Below are positions 8,787 through 18,965 of a stretch of 46,017 bases of DNA, piece by piece; the stretch's first letter is position 1, and the number at the start of each line of letters is the position of its first letter. Origin of the DNA: a virus (lineage: Duplodnaviria > Caudoviricetes). The stretch is taken from the IMG/VR virus record IMGVR_UViG_3300023105_000057, positions 1-46,017 of that record. One strand, given 5' to 3'. Position numbers and translations under genes: made by a program. The notes below the pieces were generated by a model that was not told the origin of the DNA, did not search any database, and saw nothing but the letters and a program-made list of their open reading frames with translations.

Positions 8787-10721
8787 TTACGCGCCAATTT
8801 CTTCAAACTGAATTCCGGTGCGAGTCGCTACAAAGTTCAGCTGTATAAAGTTAATTGAACGAGCTGGCTGTATGAAAATGTCTGCAACAAAAGAGTTAGA
8901 ATCAATAACTTGTTGTGTATTGTTTGAAGCATCACACACAACACGGAAGTTATAAACACCTCTTCTACCCTGGACATCTCTTAGGAAAGGTTCTACCAGA
9001 TTCTTAAATTGTGCTCTGCTAAATTCATCATTGAATTCAAACAGTTGGAACTTAGAAGCTGTTGCTATAGCCTTTTCAAGTACAATGAACAGTCTGCGTA
9101 CATTGATACGATCAAATGCGCTTGGTTTTTCAAGCAGAGTTTTGTCACCAAACAATACAATACCTGAACCAGGGAAGCCTACGATTGGGTTTACACCGCC
9201 CCTGTAAAGCTCATCTCTGTCAGCTTTGTTAGGTGAGTAAGCAAGCCTAACAGCGTTCTTTAAACGTCCTCTGTTATAACCTGCAGGAGAGAACCAAGGA
9301 TCTGCTTCTGCGTCAGTTCTTGCACACAGTCCAGCAGTATCACCGTTACAGGGAATCCACAAGTAACGATCGTAATATCTATCGTACATATACTTCCAAC
9401 CAGTGTCCATCACAGCGTATGAGCTTCTAGTCAGTGAAGCACCTGTAATGTCAGCAAGAATATTATCTTTTTGACCTGAAGTCTGACCTACTACTGAAGC
9501 CTTATCAGGAGACAAGAATACAACACAGTCCTTACGAACGTCTGCTACATTGTCAATTACTGATTTAGCATTTGATACTGCAAGGTCACCACAAATAATT
9601 AGGTTTACATCTACAAGTTCATCATTAGCAAACATCGTATACGCTGTTGCAATTTCTGATGCTGAAGGTGTAGGATCTACACCGCCTGATAATGTGCCTC
9701 TAATTTCGCTAGGAGTCAAAGTAGTTGTATAAGTTTTTAAACTGTAGGTAAGATTTGCTGTTGCTGTAGGAACTGCCCAAGGTGCTTTGTCTGCTTCTAC
9801 TGCTGATGAAGGGTGATCCATCTGCCACAGCCATTCAGAAGTATCGTTTACAACAGTTTTGTAGTAGTTACTTTCACCAAAAGAGTTTTTAGCATCTGAT
9901 GCTTTAGAAACACCCTGGAATTTTTCTAATACAGTGCCTGCTACACCTGTGATGCTACCGTTTGAATCAACAACAATGATATGTATTTCGTCACCAGTAA
10001 CACCTGCATTGGTTGCCCAAGCAGTAGTACCGGGAGTGTAGTCAAACTGTGCCAAGTATTCCCATTTACGAGTAACAGTTGCTGTTGTAACTGCTACAGC
10101 TGCATTTGCTGCAAGAACAACATTATCATCATCTGTTACAGCCGAAACTGTGCCAATAAGAGCACCAGTTGAATCATATACAGTTGCCCCTACATAAAGT
10201 TCAGTAGTAGCCGCACCGTCTGCTGCTGCTGAAGTCATTGCAGTGGATGAAGTAGTTGTTGTCCAGGTGCCTGTAAGAGCCTTAGAAGCGTTTGCACCAT
10301 CAGTCATGCCAACAACAATGCCATTACCTCGAACACCTGCATATTTGGCAGACCACATACCCTGTGCATCAGAGTTTCCGCCTTCGTATGTTTCTTGGTA
10401 TGAGTCTTGGTTTGTAATTAAAACAGCAGTTCCTGAAACAGAAGCATTACGTGCTGCTGAGTCAGACGCCCTGATTACTTTTAAAGCACCAGTATAAGCT
10501 AGAAATGAAGATGCCGCAAAGAAAGTTCCCGCGTCCGCCGCTGCAGGTGGTTTGCCAAAGCGATTGACTAGTTGATTTTCAGTGCTGACATCGACGATTT
10601 CATCTATAGGACCCCATGTAAATTTTCCTGCAACACCCCCAATAGAAGTGCCGACCGCAGGAACAACAGAGGTTAAATCTGTCTCTGTTACCTGTACGCC
10701 AGGTGATAGCTGAAAAGCCAT
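8787..10721 (-). CDS. gp18: Tail sheath protein
   Basis: MAFQLSPGV, PWFSPAGYNRG, FGDKT, SAFDRINVRRLF, IQPARSINFIQLNFVATRTG. Confidence 0.98.
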   Translation of the reverse strand: MAFQLSPGVQVTETDLTSVVPAVGTSIGGVAGKFTWGPIDEIVDVSTENQLVNRFGKPPAAADAGTFFAASSFLAYTGALKVIRASDSAARNASVSGTAVLITNQDSYQETYEGGNSDAQGMWSAKYAGVRGNGIVVGMTDGANASKALTGTWTTTTSSTAMTSAAADGAATTELYVGATVYDSTGALIGTVSAVTDDDNVVLAANAAVAVTTATVTRKWEYLAQFDYTPGTTAWATNAGVTGDEIHIIVVDSNGSITGVAGTVLEKFQGVSKASDAKNSFGESNYYKTVVNDTSEWLWQMDHPSSAVEADKAPWAVPTATANLTYSLKTYTTTLTPSEIRGTLSGGVDPTPSASEIATAYTMFANDELVDVNLIICGDLAVSNAKSVIDNVADVRKDCVVFLSPDKASVVGQTSGQKDNILADITGASLTRSSYAVMDTGWKYMYDRYYDRYLWIPCNGDTAGLCARTDAEADPWFSPAGYNRGRLKNAVRLAYSPNKADRDELYRGGVNPIVGFPGSGIVLFGDKTLLEKPSAFDRINVRRLFIVLEKAIATASKFQLFEFNDEFSRAQFKNLVEPFLRDVQGRRGVYNFRVVCDASNNTQQVIDSNSFVADIFIQPARSINFIQLNFVATRTGIQFEEIGA

Positions 10722-10775
10722 ATTTATTCTCCTCGTTTTAAATCAGACATAATTTACTTACGTTATTCATCTGAT

Positions 10776-10783
10776 TATTTATA
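10776..10783 (-). promoter_or_regulatory. T4-type late promoter box upstream of gp18
   Basis: Perfect intergenic TATAAATA; GAGGAG RBS downstream. Confidence 0.85.
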
Positions 10784-10787
10784 AGTT

Positions 10788-12440
10788 TTAGTATTTGTAT
10801 CCCAATTCTTTAATTTTTGCTGCATATGATTCGTCTGTAATCCAATAATCTCCAGCAATCACTTCGCCTTTATCCTCCTCATTTGATTTTACATGAACAA
10901 ATGGGGTAAGTTCTTGTGAGATTGTTTTCATTTCTTTGTTATACAGTCCTTCTCTTGTGTTTACATCTACTAACTCTTTGAAGAATGGCATAGTAGACAA
11001 CCAACCGAACAACACCATACACATTACTAAGTCATCGTGGTAACCTTCATCAGCTTGATACCCCTGACCTTTCTCAATAAACGTAGAGATTTCGTGTATG
11101 ATCTCTGCGTCAAATACTAATAGTTTCTTTTCTTCCATAAGAGACTTAAAGTTAAAACACCCCTGTCTCTTTACTTGTTTAGAGGTATTAACACCTAAAC
11201 GTGTAGACCTACCAAAGCCAGGTGTAACATACTGTCTGGCCTTCTCTGTCACCGTAGTGAATAGGTTTTCATACTCTATTTCTTCGTGTAGAATTTCAAT
11301 AACCTGCCCGCCAATATCGTTATTTTCGCATAATATGTAAGCATTATTGAAGTCTCTACCTAACTTTGAAATCACCTCAGGATACAGCAGAGGTGCTATC
11401 TTGTTATTTCTAAATGTTGCTACTACTTTATACGGCATTTCTGTGATGTCTAAAACAACAAAAGCAGAATAGTCACCGCCAATGCCACGTGCAGTATCAA
11501 CAGTAATACAGTAATAATGATCCTCTTTTGGTTCATCATATATTCTAAGCCCGTCATCATTATAGAAGATAGGCTCTTTGGAACTCAAAGTTGCAATAGT
11601 TCTTGCATTGATAAGTGTGTTGGATGAACCTAAAAACTCACACAGAACCTCTTGGTTAAACTTTAGTTCGCCAAGAAGTTTAAGTTGTTCCTCTGCCCAC
11701 TTCTCATCTCTGCCAGGTATTTCTTTATAAGGAATGAAGTGATGTGTAAATCCGTTCGCTCCTTTCTCTGCTTCGTTCCAAAACTTCCAAAAGTGATTGT
11801 ATCCTAATGGAGTAGATGTAAGTAGAATCTTTGTAGTTTCACCAGCAGAAATAGTAGGATATACAGAAGCAAAGAACTCATCCGCAACATTGTTCGGAAT
11901 GATTGCCGCCTCGTCAATGTATAGCCAGTTTACAGACTTACCACGAATACCTGAAGTAGTCGTTGCTGATGTAAATATTCTACAGTTGTTTTCTAGTTCT
12001 ACGTCACCTTTGTTCCATGTCTTTACACCCTGCTGCATCCATATAGGCAGGTTTTCGTACATAGTTTGATAACGTGCCAGCACCTCTCTCGCTGATGCTG
12101 TTTTGTTACCCATGATAGCAACAGTTTTGTCGCTTTGAAATATAGTGTAATGAAGTATGCAGGCCGCTGCTGTTACAGTCTTACCCTGCTGTCTACCTTC
12201 CATCAAAATAACTTTACGATTATTAAGTATAAGATCTACTTTTTTCTTCTGACACTCGTATAGTTTGAAAGGCTGTAGACCCCTGTCCAGTGTAATAATC
12301 TGAACATAGTTTTCTATAAAGTAAATGGGATCCTTGCTACACTTGATATACTCTTTGAGTTGTTCTTGTGTAAACTCATGTTCGTGCCCTATATTTTTGA
12401 GGTTAGGGTTCCCATGATAGGAAGTACGTTCATTACTCAT
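10788..12440 (-). CDS. gp17: Terminase large subunit
   Basis: Walker A GRQQGKT, Walker B LYIDEAA, TSTP coupling motif, nuclease VDTARG and HDDLVM. Confidence 0.97.
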   Translation of the reverse strand: MSNERTSYHGNPNLKNIGHEHEFTQEQLKEYIKCSKDPIYFIENYVQIITLDRGLQPFKLYECQKKKVDLILNNRKVILMEGRQQGKTVTAAACILHYTIFQSDKTVAIMGNKTASAREVLARYQTMYENLPIWMQQGVKTWNKGDVELENNCRIFTSATTTSGIRGKSVNWLYIDEAAIIPNNVADEFFASVYPTISAGETTKILLTSTPLGYNHFWKFWNEAEKGANGFTHHFIPYKEIPGRDEKWAEEQLKLLGELKFNQEVLCEFLGSSNTLINARTIATLSSKEPIFYNDDGLRIYDEPKEDHYYCITVDTARGIGGDYSAFVVLDITEMPYKVVATFRNNKIAPLLYPEVISKLGRDFNNAYILCENNDIGGQVIEILHEEIEYENLFTTVTEKARQYVTPGFGRSTRLGVNTSKQVKRQGCFNFKSLMEEKKLLVFDAEIIHEISTFIEKGQGYQADEGYHDDLVMCMVLFGWLSTMPFFKELVDVNTREGLYNKEMKTISQELTPFVHVKSNEEDKGEVIAGDYWITDESYAAKIKELGYKY

Positions 12441-12873
12441 GGTCTATAACGTCTTTATTCAATGCTCTCAATAAGTCTTTGGTACTTCCAACAAACAAAT
12501 TGTTATTAGTTACACCACTAGAAGGCTTTGTGGTTTTGGATTCGGCATCGACCTTACTCTTTTTCTCCTGCACATCTAACATATCCTTAGCATTTTCTTG
12601 CATTGTTTTTATTAACTGTCCCGCTACTTCATATGCTCTAGGATGGTCACTGTTTTTAGCAATGTGTAAAATGCCTTTCACTGCTTCTTCACTGTATTGG
12701 GCAGTCCTCTTTAGCATCTCTCTTGCTTCTTGGAAATCATCTTCCAAGTCTTTTTCGGCATCGTTAGGAGGCACAGGTAAGTTATTCTTTTCTCTTACCT
12801 GTTTCAAGTTGGCATCTAAAGCCTTGGTAGGCTTAGCCTTAAATGTGTCGTCTAAACTGTCAAATGTACTCAT
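12433..12873 (-). CDS. gp16: Terminase small subunit
   Basis: HPRAYEVAGQLIK and NNNLFVGST..L; overlaps the gp17 start. Confidence 0.92.
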   Translation of the reverse strand: MSTFDSLDDTFKAKPTKALDANLKQVREKNNLPVPPNDAEKDLEDDFQEAREMLKRTAQYSEEAVKGILHIAKNSDHPRAYEVAGQLIKTMQENAKDMLDVQEKKSKVDAESKTTKPSSGVTNNNLFVGSTKDLLRALNKDVIDHE

Positions 12874-13397
12874 ACTTTTCCTTTTAGTTTAGCTATTTTA
12901 CGTTCTAACTGTATTATTTCTTGTCGTAATTTAACCATTTGTTCCGGCGTAGTCATTGTAATGTATATACTTTCAACGACTTTAACTTTATCCTTATACT
13001 CTGGCTTCGGAATAAAAGGTTTTTGCGTATCCCTTAAAACAATTTGTATGTCATCCTTGATTGATAACTTATCATAATACTTTCTGTAAGGAGCAAACTT
13101 TTCTGTATCTAATTTTGCCTCTGTAGTTTTAGGTTTAGGCTTAAATGTTTCTACTACAGTCCCGGCTTTTTCATATACATTCCAAACTTTTTTCTTTTTA
13201 ATTACGTATATAGATGTAATGTTTCTAGGATCTATATCAATAATTTTATTATCTTCCTCATAACACTCCCAGCTATAAGATCCGTCTTTATCCTGAACAA
13301 GATCATATACCCACATATCGTGTTTGTAACCATGACTGTATACTATACGAATTCTTTGTATAGTTATATAACGTAATCTAAGATTCCACCATTTCAT
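12870..13397 (-). CDS. Hypothetical basic protein between gp15 and gp16
   Basis: 175-aa ORF that fills the gap; ATGA overlap with gp16; Lys-rich and AT-rich; function not recognised. Confidence 0.6.
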   Translation of the reverse strand: MKWWNLRLRYITIQRIRIVYSHGYKHDMWVYDLVQDKDGSYSWECYEEDNKIIDIDPRNITSIYVIKKKKVWNVYEKAGTVVETFKPKPKTTEAKLDTEKFAPYRKYYDKLSIKDDIQIVLRDTQKPFIPKPEYKDKVKVVESIYITMTTPEQMVKLRQEIIQLERKIAKLKGKV

Positions 13398-13402
13398 TAA
13401 AT

Positions 13403-14431
13403 TTATTCACCTTCAAAAACATTTTCAAACTCCGCTATAAATCTAAAAGGATCTGCCGGTGTAGGTGATGCTACATAATCAGGCGGATTTTCTATAGTTA
13501 CAGTAGGTACCGTAGTGTAACCACTGCCTCCAGCAGTTACATTTATTCTATTTATTGTGCCGTCAGTATTGAGTATGGCTGCTGCTGTTGCACTAGAACC
13601 ACCGCCACCTGTGATAGTAACAATAGGAGGATTGAGATATCCCGCTCCGTTGTATGTCATATCAATACTTGATACTGCACCACTAGATATTCTTGCAATA
13701 GCTGTTGCTGTAGTTGTGCTTACAGAAGCCGTGACCTTAGTATAGTCATTACTACTAGATAGTGATTCTGGTGTAGCATATGCGTTTGCAATGGCTTCTC
13801 TGATAATTCCTTGATTACCAACGTGACCATAAAAATTCAATTTCATTGTAAAATTTAAAGTCCATATAATACTTACTCTTTTTGCAAACTCTCCTTCGTA
13901 ATCATCATCATAATCTACACTATCCAATCTTATATTGATGTCTCTCTTTATTCCTAACTCAGGTAATTCATTAACCGTGATGTTAAAGTCAGGATTAAAG
14001 AAAGGCATAATTTGTTCTACAATTTGTAGACCGTCCTCTTGGTTTTTAGCAAAAATATACAACGACAATGACATATTGTAAGGAGTAGATACATATGAAC
14101 GATTTACACTTGTTGATGCTGCCCCATCAACAATAGCCTTATTTTTTTGTATAGGAGATACTTTACGTGCTGCATCAAACTCAAATCCTTGTATCTCAAA
14201 ACCCATGCGTGGCAAAGAAATAGCTATATCACCTCTGCCTTCTGCATCTGAAATAAGTGCAATACGTGATAAGAATTTTTGTTTTGTAGAATAAGACAAA
14301 GGAACACGCAGAACCTGTTGTGTTACATTATTACCATCAACTCTATTGATATTAATATTGTTGAATATTAAACCAAATGCTGTAATTGCTTTCTTAATAT
14401 GCTCGTGGTAAAACTGTTTATTCTTAAACAT
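13403..14431 (-). CDS. gp15: Tail sheath stabiliser / tail terminator with C-terminal Gly/Thr-rich beta module
   Basis: [43 protein letters not shown]; extra [22 protein letters not shown] module. Confidence 0.93.
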   Translation of the reverse strand: MFKNKQFYHEHIKKAITAFGLIFNNININRVDGNNVTQQVLRVPLSYSTKQKFLSRIALISDAEGRGDIAISLPRMGFEIQGFEFDAARKVSPIQKNKAIVDGAASTSVNRSYVSTPYNMSLSLYIFAKNQEDGLQIVEQIMPFFNPDFNITVNELPELGIKRDINIRLDSVDYDDDYEGEFAKRVSIIWTLNFTMKLNFYGHVGNQGIIREAIANAYATPESLSSSNDYTKVTASVSTTTATAIARISSGAVSSIDMTYNGAGYLNPPIVTITGGGGSSATAAAILNTDGTINRINVTAGGSGYTTVPTVTIENPPDYVASPTPADPFRFIAEFENVFEGE

Positions 14432-15177
14432 TAGGCTATTTCTCCAAACGGATTAACTTCAGAGAAATCTAATATACCTTCAGCATCATCAAAGTTCTGG
14501 AAGTCAGTGCCATCGGTTCTACCTGTATCAGTATCAGCAGAATATGTTTCTAGTATCAGTGAACCGCTGTCCTCAAGTAAGAATAGATCTCCTGTTTCAA
14601 GTTCAAACTGATGAACCAACATATCCAAGTTTTCATCTTCGTATATGTCATCAAGAGATTCAATTCCTGTATCAATAACTTCACTGCTGTATTCAAACAA
14701 GTCACAAACAAGTTTAAACACGTAAAGTTTTCCGGCCTGATAAAATGGATCTTGAAATTGTACTTGGCGTATTTCAAAGAGAGATTTTGTTTTCTCAAAG
14801 TAAAGCAAGTCTCCTTCAGAAGGACGAGTGTCTTGTGTGAATGTACCACCGGAAGTAGCGACAAGTTCATCCCACCTGCGTCTTGCTAATACAAATGTTG
14901 CTTGGTCACGTATTTCAATACCAAAACGTGTAAATAAATCTCCTTCACCTTCGTAACCATCTACATTTTCAAGATACATTTCCAAAGGATATGCCTGAGT
15001 GAATTTACTCAGTGTATCTTCGTCAAAAATTTTGTCCTCATCTACTAATGTGCGAGGTAGATAATATACGTCATGTCCGTATATTTTTAGACTTTCAATA
15101 ATCAGGTCTTCTACCAGCCGTTGTTCGGCCGTAGTTCCGCTAGTGTTGCCTGATTGAAAGTAGAAGTTAGTGGGCAT
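14431..15177 (-). CDS. gp14: Neck protein
   Basis: [49 protein letters not shown]. Confidence 0.95.
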   Translation of the reverse strand: MPTNFYFQSGNTSGTTAEQRLVEDLIIESLKIYGHDVYYLPRTLVDEDKIFDEDTLSKFTQAYPLEMYLENVDGYEGEGDLFTRFGIEIRDQATFVLARRRWDELVATSGGTFTQDTRPSEGDLLYFEKTKSLFEIRQVQFQDPFYQAGKLYVFKLVCDLFEYSSEVIDTGIESLDDIYEDENLDMLVHQFELETGDLFLLEDSGSLILETYSADTDTGRTDGTDFQNFDDAEGILDFSEVNPFGEIA

Positions 15178-15180
15178 CGG

Positions 15181-16161
15181 TTATCCCACCATAAATGTTG
15201 GAGGAAGTTCGTACTTTAACTGCATATCTCTTTCTATCTGATCTATTTCAGTTATTGCCTCCTCGAATATTTTATCTCCGTTAAGTGTGACACCACCTGG
15301 AAGTTGTATGCCTCCAAACTTCTTCATGTTCTCACCCCACTGCCTTTTAATAAGAGCAGTAGCGTATTTCTTCAGAAACATATCGTCATACACTTCGGAA
15401 AATTCTGTAGGATCTACAATACTGTAGGCTTCAAATGTTACGTAATCTCCTGGGTTAAATGTCTTATCCCAGTCAGCATCCACATAAACACGATTCATTT
15501 TTCTATTAAAACGTATCTGCCTTTGAGTTACCAATAGTTGTTCAAGTGTTGTTAGGTGTTGCTGAACAATAGAATAATATGTCATGTTAGCGCCTAACAA
15601 GTTGTACATATCATTCATTCTAAACTGATACATTAAGTCAAATGGATTATCCACACCTCCTTGGTTGGTACTCATGGCACCGCCAAAGTTGAACATACGT
15701 GTGATAGAAAGAACACCGTCACCTACTGAAATATATTTGTTGCCCATATCGCCTGCAACATAAAATGTTGTGCCGTGTAATGCTGCTGAGTATCCTGATA
15801 TAGAACCAGTTACAGTTTCGCCCGCAACAAACGTACCTTTAGTATCTTCTGTGACAAAGTAGTTAGAGCTATGTATTTCTTTGATTACTGTAGTTGCACC
15901 TGAAGTTCCGCCTGTGAGTTTGTCACCTACGGAAAAGTTAGGAGCAAGAATATTTGAGGCAAGATAAACTTGGTCGCCTGTTATCTGATGTGAGATAAAG
16001 ATCTTTTGTCGGCCATCAAAGTGATACTCATACCAAAACTGTAGAGCATCATCAATACGATCAGATATCTGATCTTCGTCTACATTAATTTCAATGACAG
16101 GAAAGCCAAGCCTGCGTAAACAGTAGTCGATTAGTTCTTGTCTTGTGCTAAGGGCTGCCAT
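15181..16161 (-). CDS. gp13: Neck protein with inserted domain
   Basis: LIDYCLRRLG.PVIEINV, FLKKYATALIKRQWGENMKKF, LPGGVTLNG. Confidence 0.95.
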   Translation of the reverse strand: MAALSTRQELIDYCLRRLGFPVIEINVDEDQISDRIDDALQFWYEYHFDGRQKIFISHQITGDQVYLASNILAPNFSVGDKLTGGTSGATTVIKEIHSSNYFVTEDTKGTFVAGETVTGSISGYSAALHGTTFYVAGDMGNKYISVGDGVLSITRMFNFGGAMSTNQGGVDNPFDLMYQFRMNDMYNLLGANMTYYSIVQQHLTTLEQLLVTQRQIRFNRKMNRVYVDADWDKTFNPGDYVTFEAYSIVDPTEFSEVYDDMFLKKYATALIKRQWGENMKKFGGIQLPGGVTLNGDKIFEEAITEIDQIERDMQLKYELPPTFMVG

Positions 16162-16192
16162 ATCTATACCTTATAGTTGTCTTTTATTTGTC

Positions 16193-17395
16193 CTATTGTA
16201 TTCTCTTTATCATTAATTCACATTCAGATCCATAAATAGAACAAGTACCATCAATATTGTGTCCGTATGCTCTGATTTCAATATAATCGTTTGCGGTTAA
16301 ACTTAGTATGGTGTTTATTTTGTTATTAGACCGTTCACCGTAAGAAGCTCCTCTGTCGTAATCGTAGGTAGCGGTTGTTGTTTGTTCTGTTCCGTTTACA
16401 AAAACACAAGCTCTTACAGTGTTTCTTGCCGAGCCGGTATTATTATCATATATTAAATTAGCAGTAATCTCATAATAACCAGTAGAGTCTACGGTAAGTC
16501 TACTATTATTAGTAGTTGTTGAGTGTGTATATGTGTCAGTATCTATAAAACCTTGAGAGTCCCAAGTATGTGTAGTCCAGGAACCATCAGTTATAGAAGT
16601 AGTTTGACTTGTTGTTAGTTTAACAATAGGAAGACTTACTGTTGTTAGATAAGTCTGTAAGTCACTAATTTGACTTTCTGTAATAGACAGTGCTGCTTGA
16701 TGTTGTGTAACACTTGACTCTGTGATATTTGCATCAGGTACATTTGCCCAAGTAACTGCACTTGTTAGGTCGTTTGTTTCAGTAGTTAAGTAAGTGCCTA
16801 AGTCACTAATTTGACTTTCTGTGATAGACAGGGCTGCTTGATGTTGTGTAACACTTGATTGTGTAATATTCGCATCTGGTACATTTGCCCATGTAACACT
16901 CGCAGTCAAATCGTTAGTTTCAGTAGTTAAGTAAGTGCCTAAGTCACTAATCTGTGATTCAGTAATACTTAACGCTGCTTGATGTGTTGTTACATCTGAT
17001 TCTGTTACTGTATAACTTGTTAGATAACTTGATAAGTCAGGAGGAGTATAAGTAAATACTCCTGTAGAATTATTGTATGATAGTGCTGCTGTTCCTGCTG
17101 AGTTGGTTGATACGCTCAGATCAGTAAGAGCAATGCCGCCACCTGAAGCAGGTGAACCGCCATCGAGGCTAGACATATCATAACTAGTGGTTGCTGTTCC
17201 TAAACCGCCTAAGTCTACTTCATCAGAAAAAAAAGTAGGCGTAGTATTAGTGAATGTTACTACTGTGCCGTCAGATTTTTTTGAATATAATTGAGCATCA
17301 ATTAAATTCATGGCGATCTCACCTACTGCTAGATCCTCTGCAGCAGGGGCGCCTGAAACTTCACTTCTTTTAGGTTTTAATACTACTACCGCCAC
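16193..17395 (-). CDS. Fibre protein: Mtd_N-like head, 47-aa repeats, C-terminal C1q/TNF-like domain
   Basis: KPKRS..P...L..GEIA.N..D..LY start; internal tandem repeat; C-terminal RLTV..TGYYEITAN...LSLTANDYIEI typical of C1q-like beta sandwiches. Confidence 0.7.
   Translation of the reverse strand: MAVVVLKPKRSEVSGAPAAEDLAVGEIAMNLIDAQLYSKKSDGTVVTFTNTTPTFFSDEVDLGGLGTATTSYDMSSLDGGSPASGGGIALTDLSVSTNSAGTAALSYNNSTGVFTYTPPDLSSYLTSYTVTESDVTTHQAALSITESQISDLGTYLTTETNDLTASVTWANVPDANITQSSVTQHQAALSITESQISDLGTYLTTETNDLTSAVTWANVPDANITESSVTQHQAALSITESQISDLQTYLTTVSLPIVKLTTSQTTSITDGSWTTHTWDSQGFIDTDTYTHSTTTNNSRLTVDSTGYYEITANLIYDNNTGSARNTVRACVFVNGTEQTTTATYDYDRGASYGERSNNKINTILSLTANDYIEIRAYGHNIDGTCSIYGSECELMIKRIQ
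16659..16995. repeat. 141-bp (47-aa) coding tandem repeat, about 2.4 copies
   Basis: AAGTCACTAAT recurs at 16659, 16800 and 16941; encodes LSITESQISDLGTYLTTETNDLT..VTWANVPDANIT.SSVTQHQAA. Confidence 0.92.
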
Positions 17396-17405
17396 ACTTT
17401 ACTCC

Positions 17406-18374
17406 TTAGTTCAACAATGAACCGGATGAATCATATACATTAATTCTAAATCTATCTTCACAAGCCGCTGAAGTCATAACACTTGTGTCGTTATCAGCAA
17501 ATGATTCTGCACTTGTTTGTATTGCTGTAAGACCTACACTATCAAGTGTAAAAGTGCTAGTAACACTAACATTAGCCATTTCAAAAGCACCGCTACTGAC
17601 TGACATTGTAGTACCGCCAAGGTCAAGTGTGCTACCTGACAAATACAGGTCACGCCATCTTAAACTTGAGGTACCAAGGTCATAAGTTTCATTGGCTGCT
17701 GGTAAAATAGCACCAGTAACTTCAAGTGGCTTATTGATTTCCCACTGAGTTCCTGTGTGGTCATACAGTATAGAAGCACTTGCTCCGTCTACTGATATAC
17801 CAGCACCATCAGCTGCTGCTGAGTCTGCTGCACCACTGGCTAATACAACCTCTTTATCATCTACTGTTAAGGTAGTTGAGTTAATAGTTGTAGTTGTACC
17901 ATTAACAGTTAAGTCACCGCCTACTGTTAACGCACCTGAAGTGCTGAGAGTGGTAAATGTTCCGGCTGCTGGAGTTGTTCCACCAACAATACCATCTACG
18001 TTACCAGTTACATTGCCTGTCACGTTTCCTGTAAGAGGTGCTGTGACACCTGCAAAGGTAACACTATCACCTGTTCCTACTGCTTGTCCTATACTGATTG
18101 TACCTGAAGAATAGGTAACACCTGTTCCTCCTGATAGATATGATTCTACTCTTGCATCAGTGTAATATAAATTAGTGCTACCTTCTGATATGTCATCAGT
18201 GTCAGCGCTAAGGTTAGTACCATCTGCAAGTGCTACTTCAAAGCCACCGGCTGTAGCACCATCATGTACTACGAGGGTGTCTTTAGTTGTGTTGACGGTT
18301 ACCTCACCTTCAGCACCCGTAAATGATGAATGCTCGGCGGTGGTTCCACGTCTTAATTGTAATACTGTTGGCAT
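17406..18374 (-). CDS. Fibre protein with Mtd_N-like (major tropism determinant N-terminal) domain
   Basis: LQLRRGTTAEHSSFTGAEGEVTV...VVHDG.TAGG; TDDISEGSTNLYYTDAR; GNVTGNVTG; YDLGTSSLRWRDLYL. Confidence 0.8.
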   Translation of the reverse strand: MPTVLQLRRGTTAEHSSFTGAEGEVTVNTTKDTLVVHDGATAGGFEVALADGTNLSADTDDISEGSTNLYYTDARVESYLSGGTGVTYSSGTISIGQAVGTGDSVTFAGVTAPLTGNVTGNVTGNVDGIVGGTTPAAGTFTTLSTSGALTVGGDLTVNGTTTTINSTTLTVDDKEVVLASGAADSAAADGAGISVDGASASILYDHTGTQWEINKPLEVTGAILPAANETYDLGTSSLRWRDLYLSGSTLDLGGTTMSVSSGAFEMANVSVTSTFTLDSVGLTAIQTSAESFADNDTSVMTSAACEDRFRINVYDSSGSLLN

Positions 18375-18384
18375 TGTTTATCTC

Positions 18385-18609
18385 CTAATATGTTCCACCG
18401 TCAAGTGTATCTACTTGTGAACCTGGAATAGTTGCACCACTATCTAAGTTGTCAAGATCATGCCTTAACAATTCAAATCCACCGGCTGTAGAACCATCAT
18501 GTACTACTGCTGTATTTTTACTTGTGTTTACTGTGATCTCAGCAGCCGCTCCAGTGAATGATGCGTGCTGTGCTGTAGTACCACGTCTAAATTTTATTCT
18601 AGTAGCCAT
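18385..18609 (-). CDS. Minimal Mtd_N-like adaptor protein ending LDGGTY
   Basis: FRRGTTAQHASFTGAAAEITV...VVHDGSTAGG; only 74 aa. Confidence 0.75.
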   Translation of the reverse strand: MATRIKFRRGTTAQHASFTGAAAEITVNTSKNTAVVHDGSTAGGFELLRHDLDNLDSGATIPGSQVDTLDGGTY

Positions 18610-18965
18610 TAGCTGAGACTCCCATAATCAAGGTTGTTACCCACACCAACCGAATCTGTTATCAATCCGTAGTCTTGGTCAGCATTAATAGTTACTGCAA
18701 CTGTTGATGTACCTGATCCACCGTCAGTTACCGTCATCAAAGCTGTTGATGTGTCGTTAAACTGAATAGTAGAAGATCCTGATACTGTAGTATCTGTGTC
18801 AGTTACGTCTAAACCGCCACCAATAGATTTAATGTTATTACTAGAATCTCTAATATACAGCTTCTGATCTGCTGTATTTATAGCAATTTCGCCAACAGCT
18901 AAGTCACTAGTTGTTGGTACACTGCTACTTGTTTCCGATCTTTTCGGTTTAAGTACCACCGCCAT
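18609..18965 (-). CDS. Small fibre / adaptor protein, Mtd_N-like head
   Basis: KPKRSETSSSVPTTSDLAVGEIAINTADQKLY; two DYG motifs near the C-terminus. Confidence 0.7.
   Translation of the reverse strand: MAVVLKPKRSETSSSVPTTSDLAVGEIAINTADQKLYIRDSSNNIKSIGGGLDVTDTDTTVSGSSTIQFNDTSTALMTVTDGGSGTSTVAVTINADQDYGLITDSVGVGNNLDYGSLS

Noticed and set aside
10788-12440. Intein or intron in terminase, portal or capsid genes
   Set aside because: Lengths are normal, the motifs are contiguous and no splicing motifs are seen.
18875-18882. Gene-internal TATAAATA boxes (18875 and 36121) as definite promoters
   Set aside because: They can arise by chance from Ile-Asn codons in AT-rich DNA; plausible but unsupported without transcript data.
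16193-18965. Diversity-generating retroelement suggested by the Mtd_N-like domains
   Set aside because: No reverse transcriptase, Avd or adenine-specific TR/VR pair is visible in the window. The 141-bp repeat is an in-frame tandem duplication whose differences are not confined to adenines.
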